A stretch of DNA of 64,000 nucleotides from the NCBI GenBank assembly GCA_951406725.2, contig OX597816.1:114328001-114392000 (forward strand), in the 5' to 3' direction. Below the pieces are notes generated by a model. It saw only the letters and a list, made by a program, of their open reading frames with translations, did not search any database and was not told the DNA's origin. The translations under genes and the position numbers were made by a program. This stretch comes from Octopus vulgaris (taxonomy: Eukaryota). Of the stretch, positions 39,521 through 52,151 are shown piece by piece; within the stretch, counting starts at the first letter, position 1, and every line of letters starts with the position of its first letter.

Positions 39521-40685
39521 TAGTTTCTGAGTTCAGCATAGCCTTTAATCTTTTCAAGTTTGACCAGCTTTCAAGTACCAGCTGAGCACTGGGGTCAACG
39601 TAATTGACTTAACCCTTCCCCAAACTTGATGGTATTGTACCAAAATTTGAAATCATCATCATCATCATCATCACCATTATCATCATTATTATTATTATTT
39701 GTTTCTAATTTAGACATACAATCTAAATTTTATTGACCTGGCAGAGTGAAGGGTAAAGTTGAGACCTCCGCAGGATTTGAATTCAGGACATAGCATGCCG
39801 GAAGAAATACTGCTGGAAAACTATTTTTCTTATGCTCTGACAATTTTGTCCATCCACCATCCTAATAATAATAACAAGAACAACAACAACAATAACAACA
39901 AAAGAGATTCATGCCTGGAAATTAGTGATGACAAATCTTTTCAAGTCTAGTGGCCTTGTAAGTAATTCTTGTAAAACAGAGTATGACAGTTTTGCTACAA
40001 CTCTCTTATTTAAGTCTTAGTTCCATTGACTCTTAATTACTTGAAGATGGTGTTTGGTGCTGCTCTTTATTCTTATTAGAAATGTCCCAGTCAAATATTT
40101 CAGTTTTCTTAAATCTCTAGCCCAGATACTTTCTTAGTTCTCTAATCTAGATGCTTTTTAATCATTAATCATGTTCTTTTCTTCTTTTTCTTTTTCCTTC
40201 TTGCTCTGTTCTTGTGTCTTACTGTAAAATGTATGATATTAAATATCTTACTTTCTCTTTCTAAGTTCTTCTCTTTCTAAGTTCACACTTAAATAATTCC
40301 ACAGGATCTGACAAGTCACTTTCAATACAGCTTCTGGCAGATAATGGCATCATTTTTTTTTCATCTACTTTAAATCCAAATTTCTTACTAAGCTTCCAGT
40401 GTATATTTTCCCTACACTGTCAAAATCTTCAACTGATTTCAATTACCCAGTAAAACCTCCCCATTTTTCCATCTACAGTCTCTGTCTTTAAAGAAACAGA
40501 AGACTGTGTTATAGTATTTAATTCCATTCTTTTACATTCTGACTTAAATGTCTGACAATATTAAAGTTGCTTTCCCTCTCAGTGGGATCAATAAAATATC
40601 AGTCAAATACTGACCTGAAATCAGTCAACTACAGCCCTCCCCCTAAAAGCAGGATGTCTGGGACCGAAGTGGGTATCTTTTGTAT

Positions 40686-41068
40686 TCTTTTACTCTTTTA
40701 CTTGTTTCAGTCATTTGACTACAGCCATGTTGGAGCACCACCTTTAGTCGAGCAAATCAACCCCAGGACTTATTCTATCAGTCTCTTTTGCTGAACCTCT
40801 AAGTTATGGGGACGTAAACACACCAGCATTGGTTGTCAAGCGATGTTGGGGGAACAAACACAGACACACAAACACACACACACATATATATGTATACATA
40901 TATACAACAGGCTCCTTTCCGTTTCCGTCTACCAAATCCACTCACAAGGCTTTGGTTGGCCCGAGGCTATAGTAGAAGACACTTGCCCAAGGTGCCATAC
41001 AGTGGGACTGAACCTGGAGCCATGTGGTTGGTAAGCAAGCTACTTACCACACAACCACTCCTGTGCCT
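40686..41068 (-). mobile_element. SINE family A, near full length
   Basis: Complete head and tail; small internal deletion between the two acttattct repeats. Confidence 0.9.
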
Positions 41069-41787
41069 ATTGCAGAATTCCATAAAATAAAAAAGAAGTT
41101 CTTGTTGAACCAAGTCTGGAAAGCTTCTGGTTTATTTATATCTCTTATGATATTGAGAAATTACAACTTCACATACTCTCTTCATCAATGATTTCATATT
41201 TTCATGCTAGCAGTCTAAGAAACAATTCTTATTTTTATCTAATCATTACAGGCATATTATAGATTGTCTGAAATAGTGGGATAGTTTGAAATGATGGTGT
41301 TTAGATCGATAGGAACGAGTTTCCATTGTCACAGAGACACAGCAGTGATCGTGATGATTAGATGAGTGAAAACGAGGAAAGAGACTCTGATGGTATTGAT
41401 TATCATATTGATAGCATTAGAGAAGATGAAAATGACTAGGATGTTGAAGAGTATTAGATGCAAAGACTTAAACTTTAGAAGTATTCCTGAATTAATATCA
41501 AAACTTGAAAAGAAAGTGAAAAAAAAAAAAAAAAAAAAGACAAAGAAAACGTAGAGGATATGTTTTAAGATGTACACAAACATATGTATTATATCCAAAC
41601 ATATATGTACACATATTTGACAGTCTATTTTGTAGGAATAGATATGTAATAAGTGAATGTGTATTCATCATAAAATTGAAAGAAAGACAAAAAACAAAAA
41701 TAAAAGATGCTAATTAGATAAAGATCAACAAATTCAGCTCTGGTGTAAATTATTACGATTAAGATAATGATGTTAATCTTAACACTT

Positions 41788-41942
41788 TTAGTTTTCCACT
41801 TTATTTTTTTCAATTTTCTTGGCATTTACTTTTAGTAACTTCTGTTTTACCGTTATATCTTTTTCGCTTTTTTTGCTTAATTTCTGTTTAGAACAAAATT
41901 TTGGTCGTATCTTTAATTTTCTTTCTTTTTTTTTAGCTTCAG
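41788..41942 (-). CDS. Candidate lysine-rich terminal exon (EAKKKERKLKIRPKFCSKQKLSKKSEKDITVKQKLLKVNAKKIEKNKVEN*)
   Basis: 50 open codons after ttttcctattacatggtattgataag. A-rich against the T-rich minus-strand background, with retained CpGs; acceptor is weak. Confidence 0.22.
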
Positions 41943-42257
41943 CTTATCAATACCATGTAATAGGAAAATGAGAAGAAAGAAATGTATTTAAAAGAAAAAA
42001 ATATCTAATATAAAACTAAATTTTATCTATTTGCTTATTTACATTAAAATTTTGATAATACTGAAGTGGTAAAGTTGTGAATAATTAATATGAATGCCAA
42101 CCAAAAATTAATGGCTACATTACTTTTGCTGCATTCAGCTCTACTTGGGCAATCAATGCCAACATCATTACCTCCTCTTCCTCCTCCTTCTACTCCTCAA
42201 GGAAGCATTTTAAATTTTTCTCTTGTATAAATTCTTTATAGTTCTTTGAAGAAACTA

Positions 42258-42427
42258 TTTGTTTGCTATTCTGCCAGGTATCGCTCCAATTTTTCTTGGA
42301 GTAGGACCTAGCAGATATGACAAGTTGAGAAGCTTCCTCGAAGATTCTTTTTGTTTGCTATTCTGCTAGGTATCGCACCAATTTTTCTTGGAGTAGGACC
42401 TAGCAGATACGATAAGTTGAGAAGCTT
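42258..42427. repeat. Direct duplication of a 78-bp unit, period 92
   Basis: tttgtttgctattctgc..gagaagctt at 42258-42335 and 42350-42427, four substitutions. Confidence 0.9.
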
Positions 42428-45400
42428 GAACTTCAAAATATCCCTAAAACAGAGCATTGTACAATTAACAACATATATTTTATATGTGACACGTCCTTCT
42501 CAACAAAATATCAAATGTTAGAGTTGTGATCATTCTAAGACACAAAATTGACTACTGATAACAAAAATGGAAGGCCTTACATAGCATATTATACCATGCA
42601 ATAGTTATTACAAGTCTTTATGACATACAAGAGAACATTTAAGATGTAATCTATATTTTCTTTACAAACTTATAGAAAGGTTCTTATATATATATATTTT
42701 TGTTACCAAAAAACAAAAAAAAAAGAGTTGATTGCTGACTCATCAATGTGAGAGCTCAACTTAGTATCATGAATGCTTACAGTGTATATGAGTGACTATG
42801 TGTGTAGAAGAAAGAGAGAGGAGGAGAGGGAGAGAGGGGGAGAAGGAGAGAAAGGGAGAGAGAGAGAGAGAGATGCTTTTGAATGCAGCAAAACAATGCT
42901 TCAGAATGATTTTGTTTTAATTTGCTATTTTGAAAGACACCTGTGTGCATGTGCGCAAGTGTGTGTGTGTGCATGCACGCACGTATGTGTGTGTGTGTGT
43001 GTGGTTGCATGTGTATGTGCAACTTTTGTTGAGGGACTTCCCAATACTGGAATTTATTCACTTCACTGAAAGATGAAAATCAACAGGATTCAAACACAGA
43101 CATCGTCTCTTATACTCTTCCCCTTATACAATCGAATAAAATGCTTGAGAATAAAAGAAAGGAGGAAGAAAACACATTTCCTAAAATAACAAACATTGCT
43201 AATAATAAGGGTAATTAATATAATGATGGTGCTGATAATCTTAATCTTCAATTAGTATGATCTTCCTCCCCTACTTCCCAACATCATTGCCATTATCACC
43301 ATCACAAAGAAAAACAAAATACAAAACAGCAGAAGCAGCAACAGTAATAGTAGCAGAGAATTTATGAGCTACAGTCACAGTATCAGCTGTTTAATAAAAG
43401 AGCAAAGCCACAAGTTTCCTTCAATCCATGTTTCCCTATGCATCCAATTTATCCTGCACTCTGTTCCAGCTGAGAAAACAAAACAAAAAGGGAAGAGAAA
43501 GGGAAAGAAAGAAAATAGATGGGAGGGGATTGTAGTTATGTGGTCATTTTGTCAGAGATTGTTTGTCTGGATAAACTCGTTGGTCAGCAGATTGAAGGAG
43601 AGATAAATAAATGTTGAGGGAGGGCAACAGTCAAAGATATCAATGTCATGGCAATTTGGCTCCTGCAGATGCAGAGAGAATATAGAAAGAGCACGGTCAA
43701 GAAAGAAGAGAGTTCAAAGACAGAGACAGAGAGAGAGAGAGAGAGAATATGAAAGAGGAGTAAGTGCAATAAAAAAGATAAAGTAAATAAATAAGGGGTA
43801 GAAAGAAATGGAAATGAGTAATAAAAAGGACAGTAGAAAGGACATTAAGGCGAGTGTATGTGAAAAGTGTGCATCTGAAAGTGGTGGTAGAGATGATCAT
43901 ATAGTTGACAGTCATGAGAGAAGGAGGCATAAAGGCTAATTCTCTCTTGGCTTGCCTGCTTTTCTCTCTATATCCACATTATGTTCAGACCATCTCCATG
44001 TCAAACTGTCAACAAATAACCTCAATTATTGTAATCTCAGTGGTCAGTAGACAGAAAATAAACATGTCTAACAGTCAACTAATACACATATCCTTGTCCA
44101 GGCCATTAATGACCTCTATCATCATCGTAGTAATTTTTACAACAATGATGAGAGCCACTACGACCACCCATACTACATCCAACACCACAACAAAGAGGAG
44201 ATTTGCAAACAGAGAGCACACATCCCCTTCACTAAAAGCTTTAAGATGAGAACCACCACTACCACAAACCCAACCACTAAACAATGAGCCACTGCAATCT
44301 TCATCACCACCACCACTCCTTTAATAATATTTAGTAGTATTGACTATTAGCGGAAGAACAAGAGAAAGAGATAGGGGGAAAAGGAGAGAGAAAAACAAAG
44401 GGGAGAGGTCTTTTGCAGCTTTCCACCTCTTGCTCCTTTCTTGGCCTATGGTGTTTGGTGCTTATTTTACCAAAGGAGTCGCAGATTGTTTGCATGAGGA
44501 GTGAAGTGTGTAATGGGGGTGTTCAGGGGTGGAAAAAGAGAGGGAAAAGATTGAAGTATAATGAAGGGAGATATGTTTGGGACAATGAGTGAACTGCATT
44601 AATCCTACCCAACCCACCCTTCTACCTTCATAGCTGACCATTCCTCACACACTTCTCTTTCTTTTAAGGTGGTGTTAATGTTATTTATTAGCACTTACAA
44701 ATATAAGGAGGTGGAAGTGGAGATGTAGAAGGGAAGCAATGAGAAAGGGTGAAATCAGAACAGATATGGTAAAAGTATGGGGAAAAGGAGAGGAAGTCAC
44801 CCGAAAAATGTAGAAAGGAGGAAGAAGAGATAAGAGAGATTTCTGTCTTAGAGGGAGAATAATACAGAGAGTTGAGGAAAGAGAGGTGAGAAAAAAGAAA
44901 AGTGCGGACGAAAATGAGAGGTGAAGAAAATGGGGATGGAAAGGGAGAGATGTGAGGTGAGCAGAGATACCAAAAACGTAATGCAGAGAGGGTAGACAAA
45001 CAGAGAACAGTCTTTCCTGCTTCAATCATCACAGCAATTAGGAGAGGAATGAAGCTGAGGCCAAGGATTACAGAAAGGAAGAAAGGTCAACTAGTGACCA
45101 AGATTTGGAGGTTATTATTATATTGCTCTCTCTAAACAGTTCCACACTCATTTGAATAATGTGCAACTAAATATATGCAATCACAATAGAATCAGAAGAA
45201 TGTAAGGTTCTTTAATAACATATGCACACTGGTTTATAGAGAACAGAAAGGCAGCAAATTGGGTATATCCGATACTAAACATAGCTACAGTTTGCAGTGA
45301 AGGAGACAATAGCAAAAAGATAAAAAAAAAGATTGCAATAGAAACAGAAGAAGTAAATAAGGAAAGAAATTGTGGAAAGCCAGAGTAAAAGAATGAAAAG

Positions 45401-45753
45401 GAAACATGGGAAAATGTAGAGTAAAGAAGATACAAATTGATAAAGGAATGTTATGAGACTAAAAGGAAATATAAATTAAAAACTGGAAATGATAGGGGAA
45501 ATTAAAGAAAATATATTTCTCATAGATAAATATTTTGCTAAAAATTTTGCAGCAAAATTGCAGCCGCATAATTCAAAATTGAATTTCAAACCTAGGCTTT
45601 TAAAAAAGTTATGTATATTAACTGTAGCTGTCACTGTCAAGCGAGTACATGACTCGGTAGCTTGTACTAAGTTCTTGCAAAGTGTTTTAGGCACCTGTAT
45701 TGTAATAAGTAGGCATAAACATGCTCTTGATGATTGGTACTTTAAAAGTTGAC

Positions 45754-45861
45754 CTGGTTGAACACTGAAGATGTGGCAGTTGGAAGGAGGCAGGGAAGTG
45801 GAGTAGCAGCACTCAGCAGCTACTTGAGGACATAATGCATCACCTGCTCCAGGAATCAATG
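45754..45861 (-). CDS. Candidate 108-nt phase 1-1 exon (LIPGAGDALCPQVAAECCYSTSLPPSNCHIFSVQP)
   Basis: GC-rich islet bounded by ttgcag and CAG|gtcaac, length divisible by 3, only phase 1 open. Both splice sites are weak. Confidence 0.25.
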
Positions 45862-46210
45862 CTGCAATCTTATGATTATGAGCTCAATAAAACATGATTT
45901 GTACCTATTTACACACACACACGAGCATATTGTGTGTATTATTCAATGTATATAAATATTTTTGTACTAAATTCTTTCATGTAATACTGGGTGCTGCAGA
46001 AGTAATGCTCTTTTTTTTGCATTTGATAACTTTTATAGTATATAAATATATATTAAGTAATTTTTTATTGAACACAAGTTTATTGCATTACTTAAAGAAA
46101 GAGTTAAATAATAAGAGTTAAACTAACTCAAAGCCACACCCTTTTTAATTTGTTGCTTACACTTTTACTGTTTTGAAAAATCACACATTTTCAATGGTTT
46201 TTTTTTATAA

Positions 46211-46338
46211 GACTGACAGAGGTAATTAAGTTTAACCTAGGCATTAAGAGCTGCTGATGAGGATTGAGATGGTCTACATCAAAAACCGAAATCGCAATCC
46301 GGCTATGTACACTGGGGATATACCTGCCTTTGTCAGTC
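46211..46338 (+). ncRNA. Type I hammerhead ribozyme with extended stem I, intact core (core 46249-46304)
   Basis: AGCTG-CTGATGA(46254-60)-GG..GATG gtcta CATC..CC-GAAA(46288-91)-T cgca A-TC-CGGCT. Stem I continues GCAT/ATGT, CCTAG/CTGGG and GACTGACAGAGG/CCTTTGTCAGTC. Predicted cleavage after C46299 (AUC). Confidence 0.78.
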
Positions 46339-46444
46339 ACTTAAGACAGTGTGTTTGTAGTTTTGAGCTGGTTTAACCCTTATCTTTAGCAAAAGCGCTG
46401 CTAGTTAGCACCCTCTGTCACTTTAGTGACCTCTATTAATATAT

Positions 46445-46446
46445 GT

Positions 46447-46478
<32 letters not shown>

Positions 46479-46670
46479 CTTTGTGTATATATTTGTACTC
46501 TCCCTCCATCTTACATCTCCATAACTTAGTAGTTTGGCAAAAGAGTCCAACAGAATAAGTACCATGCTTAAAAAGTAAGTGCTGGGGTCAATTCGTTCAA
46601 CTTAAATTCTTCAAGGTGGGTCCCCAGCATGCCCACAGTCTTTTACTAGAAAAAGTAAAAAAAAAAGCAA
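46445..46670 (+). mobile_element. SINE family A, 3' half
   Basis: (TG)n then ccataacttagtagtttggcaaaagagtccaacagaataagtacc. Confidence 0.7.
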
Positions 46671-47290
46671 AAAAAACTCAAAATGATAAAATGTAACCCT
46701 ACTGACCTAAGCACACAATATTATAGTTGATATTCTCATTGACTTATCACTTTTATTCTAAATCTTGGTACTAAATATTTCATACTTCATTACAAAGTTA
46801 AATTACAATGATACAGAAAGTATTTCTACAAACTGAATATATAATGACTATTAAAAAAAAAATTACAAAAAAAAAAAAGAAAGAAAATCAGTTTTTGAGT
46901 ATTTAGACTTCAAACATACTCTGCAGGTGACTAGTAACTTTTATTTGAAATAATACTAGAAAAAGTGATGATGATGATGATGATGATCGTGATGGTAGTG
47001 GCAGTGGTGATAATGATTTCTAACATTGGCACAAGACCAGAAATTTTGCGGGAGGTTGTGTGTCTATTGAATTGACTCACTGCTGTCAGAATGAAAAGCA
47101 AAAGCCAACTCTGATTAGCAATCATAAATAGCTATGGCCTTTCAAGTGTAAATAATTTTCCAATCACTTGTTCTTTTTATAGGGCCAACAAACAGTTTCT
47201 GTTGATTTCAACATGCACCAACATTAACTCTTTATTTTTTGATGACATATGATGACAAAACCTGTCCTACTCTTAGTAAACCAAAATGTA

Positions 47291-47519
47291 TTAACCCTTT
47301 CGTTACTGTATTTATTTTGAGATGCTCTGTGTTTCTTTCAATTATTTTAAATATAACAAAGAATTTAGTAAAATAACTTGGTTATCATTAAGCTAGTGTT
47401 AGGAACATAAATTGCGACTAAGGTCTGGTGAAAGATTTTAATTCAAAACTTATGAAAATGAGACATTTGTACTACAGAGCCAGAGGCGGTTTCAGCCGGG
47501 TTGGTACCGAAAGGATTAA
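47291..47519. mobile_element. piggyBac-like MITE, family 2
   Basis: TTAA|CCCTTTCGTTAC...GTACCGAAAGGA|TTAA; near-identical to 54434-54656. Confidence 0.85.
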
Positions 47520-47785
47520 GATACAAATCTCACTTGATTACAGATTGTATATTAGCTTGAGTGATGAATTTTGACACTTTCACTAATTCTTCAGCAGCTA
47601 CAATGTATCGCAAAAGAAACAGACATATTAGATGTATCTTTGTGATATAAATTTAAGTAAAGAAGTGATAGTGTTCTAAAAGTAGCCACCCACCAATAAC
47701 TGTTTAATTGATGTGGAAAGTAAGTTGAAAATTGTGTCTGTTTGGATGTCAACTAAACATTATTATAGAGCATTTGTAAAATAAG

Positions 47786-48030
47786 TGGAGGTGTGTGGCT
47801 TAATGGTTAGGGTGTCAGTACCATGATCGTAAGATTGTGGTTTTGATTCTTGGACCGGGTGACGTGTTGTGTTCTTGAGCAAAACACTTCATTTCACGTT
47901 GCTCCAGTCCACTCAGCTGACAAAAATGAGTAACGCTGTGATGGACTGGCGTCCCGTCCAGCTGGGGAACACATACACCATAGAAACCGGGAAACCAGGC
48001 ACATGAGCCTGGCTGGGCTTTTAAAAGGGC
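47786..48030 (+). mobile_element. tRNA-derived SINE family D (Meta-like central domain)
   Basis: A box TGGCTTAATGG, B box GGTTTTGATTC, ttgtgttcttgagcaaaacactt, gatggactggcgtcccgtccag. Confidence 0.8.
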
Positions 48031-48677
48031 AAATTTATTTATTTTTTTTTTTTTGTAAAATAATGCAAGTTTGTGTTCTATGAGATTAGGTACAATGTTT
48101 CCAGAAGGGTTTTCTCTGAACTTTATTTTAGTTTTTATTATAATTCGTTTTGTTTTTTTTCCTGATTACTACATGGTAGTGAGTTGGGAGAATCAATGGG
48201 GTGTTGGATAGAATGCCTCATGGTGTTTGAACCGACTCTTTGAGCTTTGAGTTCAAATTTTGCTATGGTCAACTTTGTCTTTCAGCCTTTCAGGGTCAAT
48301 AAAAAGGTACCAGTCTAGGATTGGCAGAATTGTTAGAATACCAGACAGGATTCTTTCTAATTCTGTGTATTCTGAGTTCAAATGCCACCCTGTTACTGGA
48401 AAATGGTAACTCTTCTGACAGGAGTTGTGACTAACAGATAGTATCAGCAATTTGAAAAATCAATGGAACTGTTCTCTCTTTGTTCACTAAGAAAATCAAC
48501 CACTGGCACTGCTATGTGGCAACTTGATACCATTACTGCAGTTTCCAGAGAAAATAAATTTTAAAACACTTAATATTAATCATATAAAGTTATATCTGCA
48601 ATAGTAGCCAATTAATTTAGATAGATATTTAAAACATGGGAGGTAGTCTACAAGATGACTACAAGATGAATGAGCTT

Positions 48678-48936
48678 TTAACCCCTTTGTTACCATATTT
48701 TTGTTGAAATATGCATTCTCCATTTCAATTAATTTAAAAATAATGAAAATTTAATAAAATAACTTTGTTATTATTAAGCTGATGTTTGGTGCATAAATCA
48801 ACAAGGAATTTTTAAGCAAGGTTTTAATTTGGATCAGTTTATTTGTATTGTAGTACAATATAAATACAATACAAATAAAGTTTGTGCTGTAGAATATGGG
48901 ACAGTCTCAGGCAGGTCAGTACCAAAAAAAGTTAGT
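48678..48936. mobile_element. piggyBac-like MITE, family 2, old copy
   Basis: TTAACCCCTTTGTTACC start and shared interior (taaaataactttgttattattaagctgatgtttgg); right end decayed. Confidence 0.55.
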
Positions 48937-51900
48937 GTTAATTTAGAAACTGTGGAAATGGAAACCCACATTTCAGTCAATTCTTTCTCTGTGTGAATGT
49001 GTGAGGGGATGGGATGGTGGTGTGGAGTGGTGTGTGCCAAAAAAAAAAAAATGGATAAAAAGAAAGAGAGATTAAGATGCCACCTTGATTATCACAGATG
49101 AAGTGAAATATCAGAGCATAAGTCAATTCAGTAAATACGAGAAGCTGTGAGTTTATCTGTAGATATCTTCTTTTGTGCGTTTACAAAGCTGAGAATAAAA
49201 GAGAAAGCTCCCTGAAGGTAAACGAAGAATTTTCTTTTAACTTTTAGCAAAACTGCAAGCAGCATGACATTGTGATGAAAATGTTTCCAAGTTGTGAGAA
49301 AGAACAAGAACAACCAAAAGCCATGATCTGTTCAGCTTGTGTCACACATGCTAGCAAGATGTGGCTATATTTACAAGAAAAACATTGGCCCCCCCAAGAG
49401 ACATATTTAGGCAAGCTGTAGGAGACCTCCCAAGGACTCAGTGGATGTTAAGAAAAGATGTTAAATCTCTACCAATTTTACATGCCTTGGCAGTGACTCA
49501 ACCATGTACAATAGATTCTTATATACTTCCAATTCTATTCATAAAAGTGCATTTAACCAAAGATTTGCAAAACTTTGATATAAATTTCTCAAAAACAGTA
49601 TCTTGGGAAGCAAATTTTTCTCTAAAATGTAGAGACAGAAAAAGAGGAATGTTTTCAAAAGTCTTTAAATTTACTGCACAAATTTCATTTGATTTTCTTA
49701 TTTTACATTACCAACCTTATGACGATGGATATAAGGATTGAATCAACAGTCATTATAGGAAATTCTAAACTCTAGACAAGGTTTGAACATTTAAATTATA
49801 AGAATGAGCATAATTTTTTATAGCAATAATGGTTTTATTAATTAAAAACAAGATTTTTCAGAATTACCTATAGACAGTAATGGTATCAAATTCTGGCACA
49901 AGGCCAGCAATTTTGGTGGAAGGGTTAGTGTACTTGACTAATGTAGACAACATCAACTTCGGTTGGATTTGAATCAGAATGTAAAGAGCTGGAGGGAATG
50001 GCACTAAGTTTGAGTCTAATGCACTAATGATTCTATCAGCTTGCCATCTGACCTACAAGGTAATGATAAAAACTATATACCTAGAAATGTACACACCCAT
50101 TGTTTTTTGTAGCTGCCTTTTCTCACAAACAAACTTATGCTTCTGATAAAGAACTCAAAAAGAAATTACAGAAGGGTGTAAAATTATGTCTAGATCTAGA
50201 TAAACAGAACTTCATATAAATCATGAATCTTACTTGATATTGTGAAAGAAATGCAGTAGTTACAATTTAACTTTCAGTAAATTCCAGAACAGCTGAGGCT
50301 ATACAGACTCAACTAAACAGGTGGCGCAACTGATCTTCAAGTAATCAAAGGTATGGAACATTTCTCAAAGAGTGTTCATGTTAATTAATACAGAATTCTT
50401 TGAGCTTGAACTGAACAATATTGAAAGGTTATTAATCAACTTTCGTTTCTGTTTTAGATCTAGAAATTATGAGAAGTGCACAAATACCAGCAGTTATGGT
50501 GTTATTATTGAGTATTTTAAATTCCAGCTGCTCAGCTATAATGTGAAAATGACAACTATTTTCCAGCTGAACAAAGAAATATTTTTGAGAATTTGATGCA
50601 GTACCTCTTGAAAAACTTGTTCTAGGTACATAGAGTTGTAGAGAAGGAGGAATGGGTAAAATGTTTTAATAAAAGTTGTGTAAGATGAGGCACAAAGATG
50701 ATGGTAGAAAGGGAAGAGGTACTTAGGCTGAATTTAGTAGATGAAAATTTCAGAAGAATAAAAACAACTGAAGAACCTCAAGAAAAAACAAAAACAAAAA
50801 AACAAAACACAAACTAATAAGGTAGTGGTTGTGGTTGTAGAGCATTCGCATGAGAAAGCTTGCCTTAAAATGGGGGTTGTTTTTTTTTCTATTTTTTATT
50901 TTTATTGCAATCAAGAATGTGAATGCATGTAATGAGTGCACCAAGCATGTTGTGTAAATGGTATTATCTCCCATCTAATATGAAAATAGATGCAATAGTT
51001 TCACTATTTGCATAACATTCAATAAGTAGCAACACTACATTACCAAACACACACACACACACACACATACATACATGCACATGTAGACATACATACACAC
51101 AGATGCACACCCACCTCAACATCTGCTCCACAAAGGCTGATTAAATCAACCATGCATGCATGAAAATAGACACATAAATATGCACACACTGGCATTCACA
51201 TGCACTGCATACCAACCCCACCACACACACACATACACAGATATGTGCACAAATACATATTCATACATAAAAGTCTGAATAATTTCTATTCAATAAGACA
51301 CTGACTAAATCTTCAGTAGTTGATTGAACACACACGTACACACCGTAAACTATATAAACACACTTCAGTTTCATTGATCTGAAGTTTCAACTAGGTAGTT
51401 GGGCATATAATAAAAAAACACACACTTACATATAATGTGCATGTGTGTGCATGTAAGTGTATGCATGTGTACATGCACACAACCAACTCCATTCAATAAG
51501 AAACTGACTACATTTTCAAGATGATGAATTAATAAAAAGCTTCACAAGAATAAACTATTTTCCATAAGTTTTTGTATTCTTTCTTATAATAGGATGAAAC
51601 AGCATTTTCAGACAAGACTCCTGGGACACAGAATTATAGGCATCTGTACTGAGTCATTGAAGAAAAGCTATCACTGGATATATATACATATATATATATG
51701 CGTGTCTACATGCATACATGTGCAAATACATATGTGTATGTAAGTTTATAATTGTCATCAGACTTACACTGTTAAGAGTCACAGAACTATAGGTAATTAT
51801 CATGAGTGATCATTGAAATGCCCTTATGCATGTATGCTAGAAGCTAATGATCCAGGATTATCCTAATCAATAAAATTAGTAGGGTCCAAACATGCTTAAG

Positions 51901-51987
51901 ATATTACGGCATCATCTTATTGTTATCAGCTGGTTATTATCTGAAAAGTTAGCTCCAAAAAAAATCATCACAATTCGTGACCTCTAG

Positions 51988-52151
51988 AAGGGCCATCTTA
52001 GAAATATTATAGGCGCCTGGGCAAATCAATGTAGTGCTCTTTGAAGTATCTATTAACAACAAGCCACAGTACATATAGATCAGAATGGTCCCCTAGACTG
52101 GTAGGGATCCTGGGCAACTGCCCTCTGTGCTCATGCTTTAAGACAGTGCTG
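51988..52151. mobile_element. hAT (Tip100-like) MITE, inverted relative to the 17576 copy
   Basis: AGGGCCATCTTA...TAAGACAGTGCTG; interior ttaacaacaagccaca is the reverse complement of tgtggcttgctgttaa in the 17576 copy. Confidence 0.6.

Noticed and set aside
41363-41460. Acidic frame MSENEERDSDGIDYHIDSIREDEND* resembling a transposase N-terminus
   Set aside because: Short, interrupted by stops, and no termini found.
47570-47600. CTGAAGA..GAAA..GTC on the minus strand
   Set aside because: No stem I complementarity. The similar hit near 59910-59932 fails the same way.
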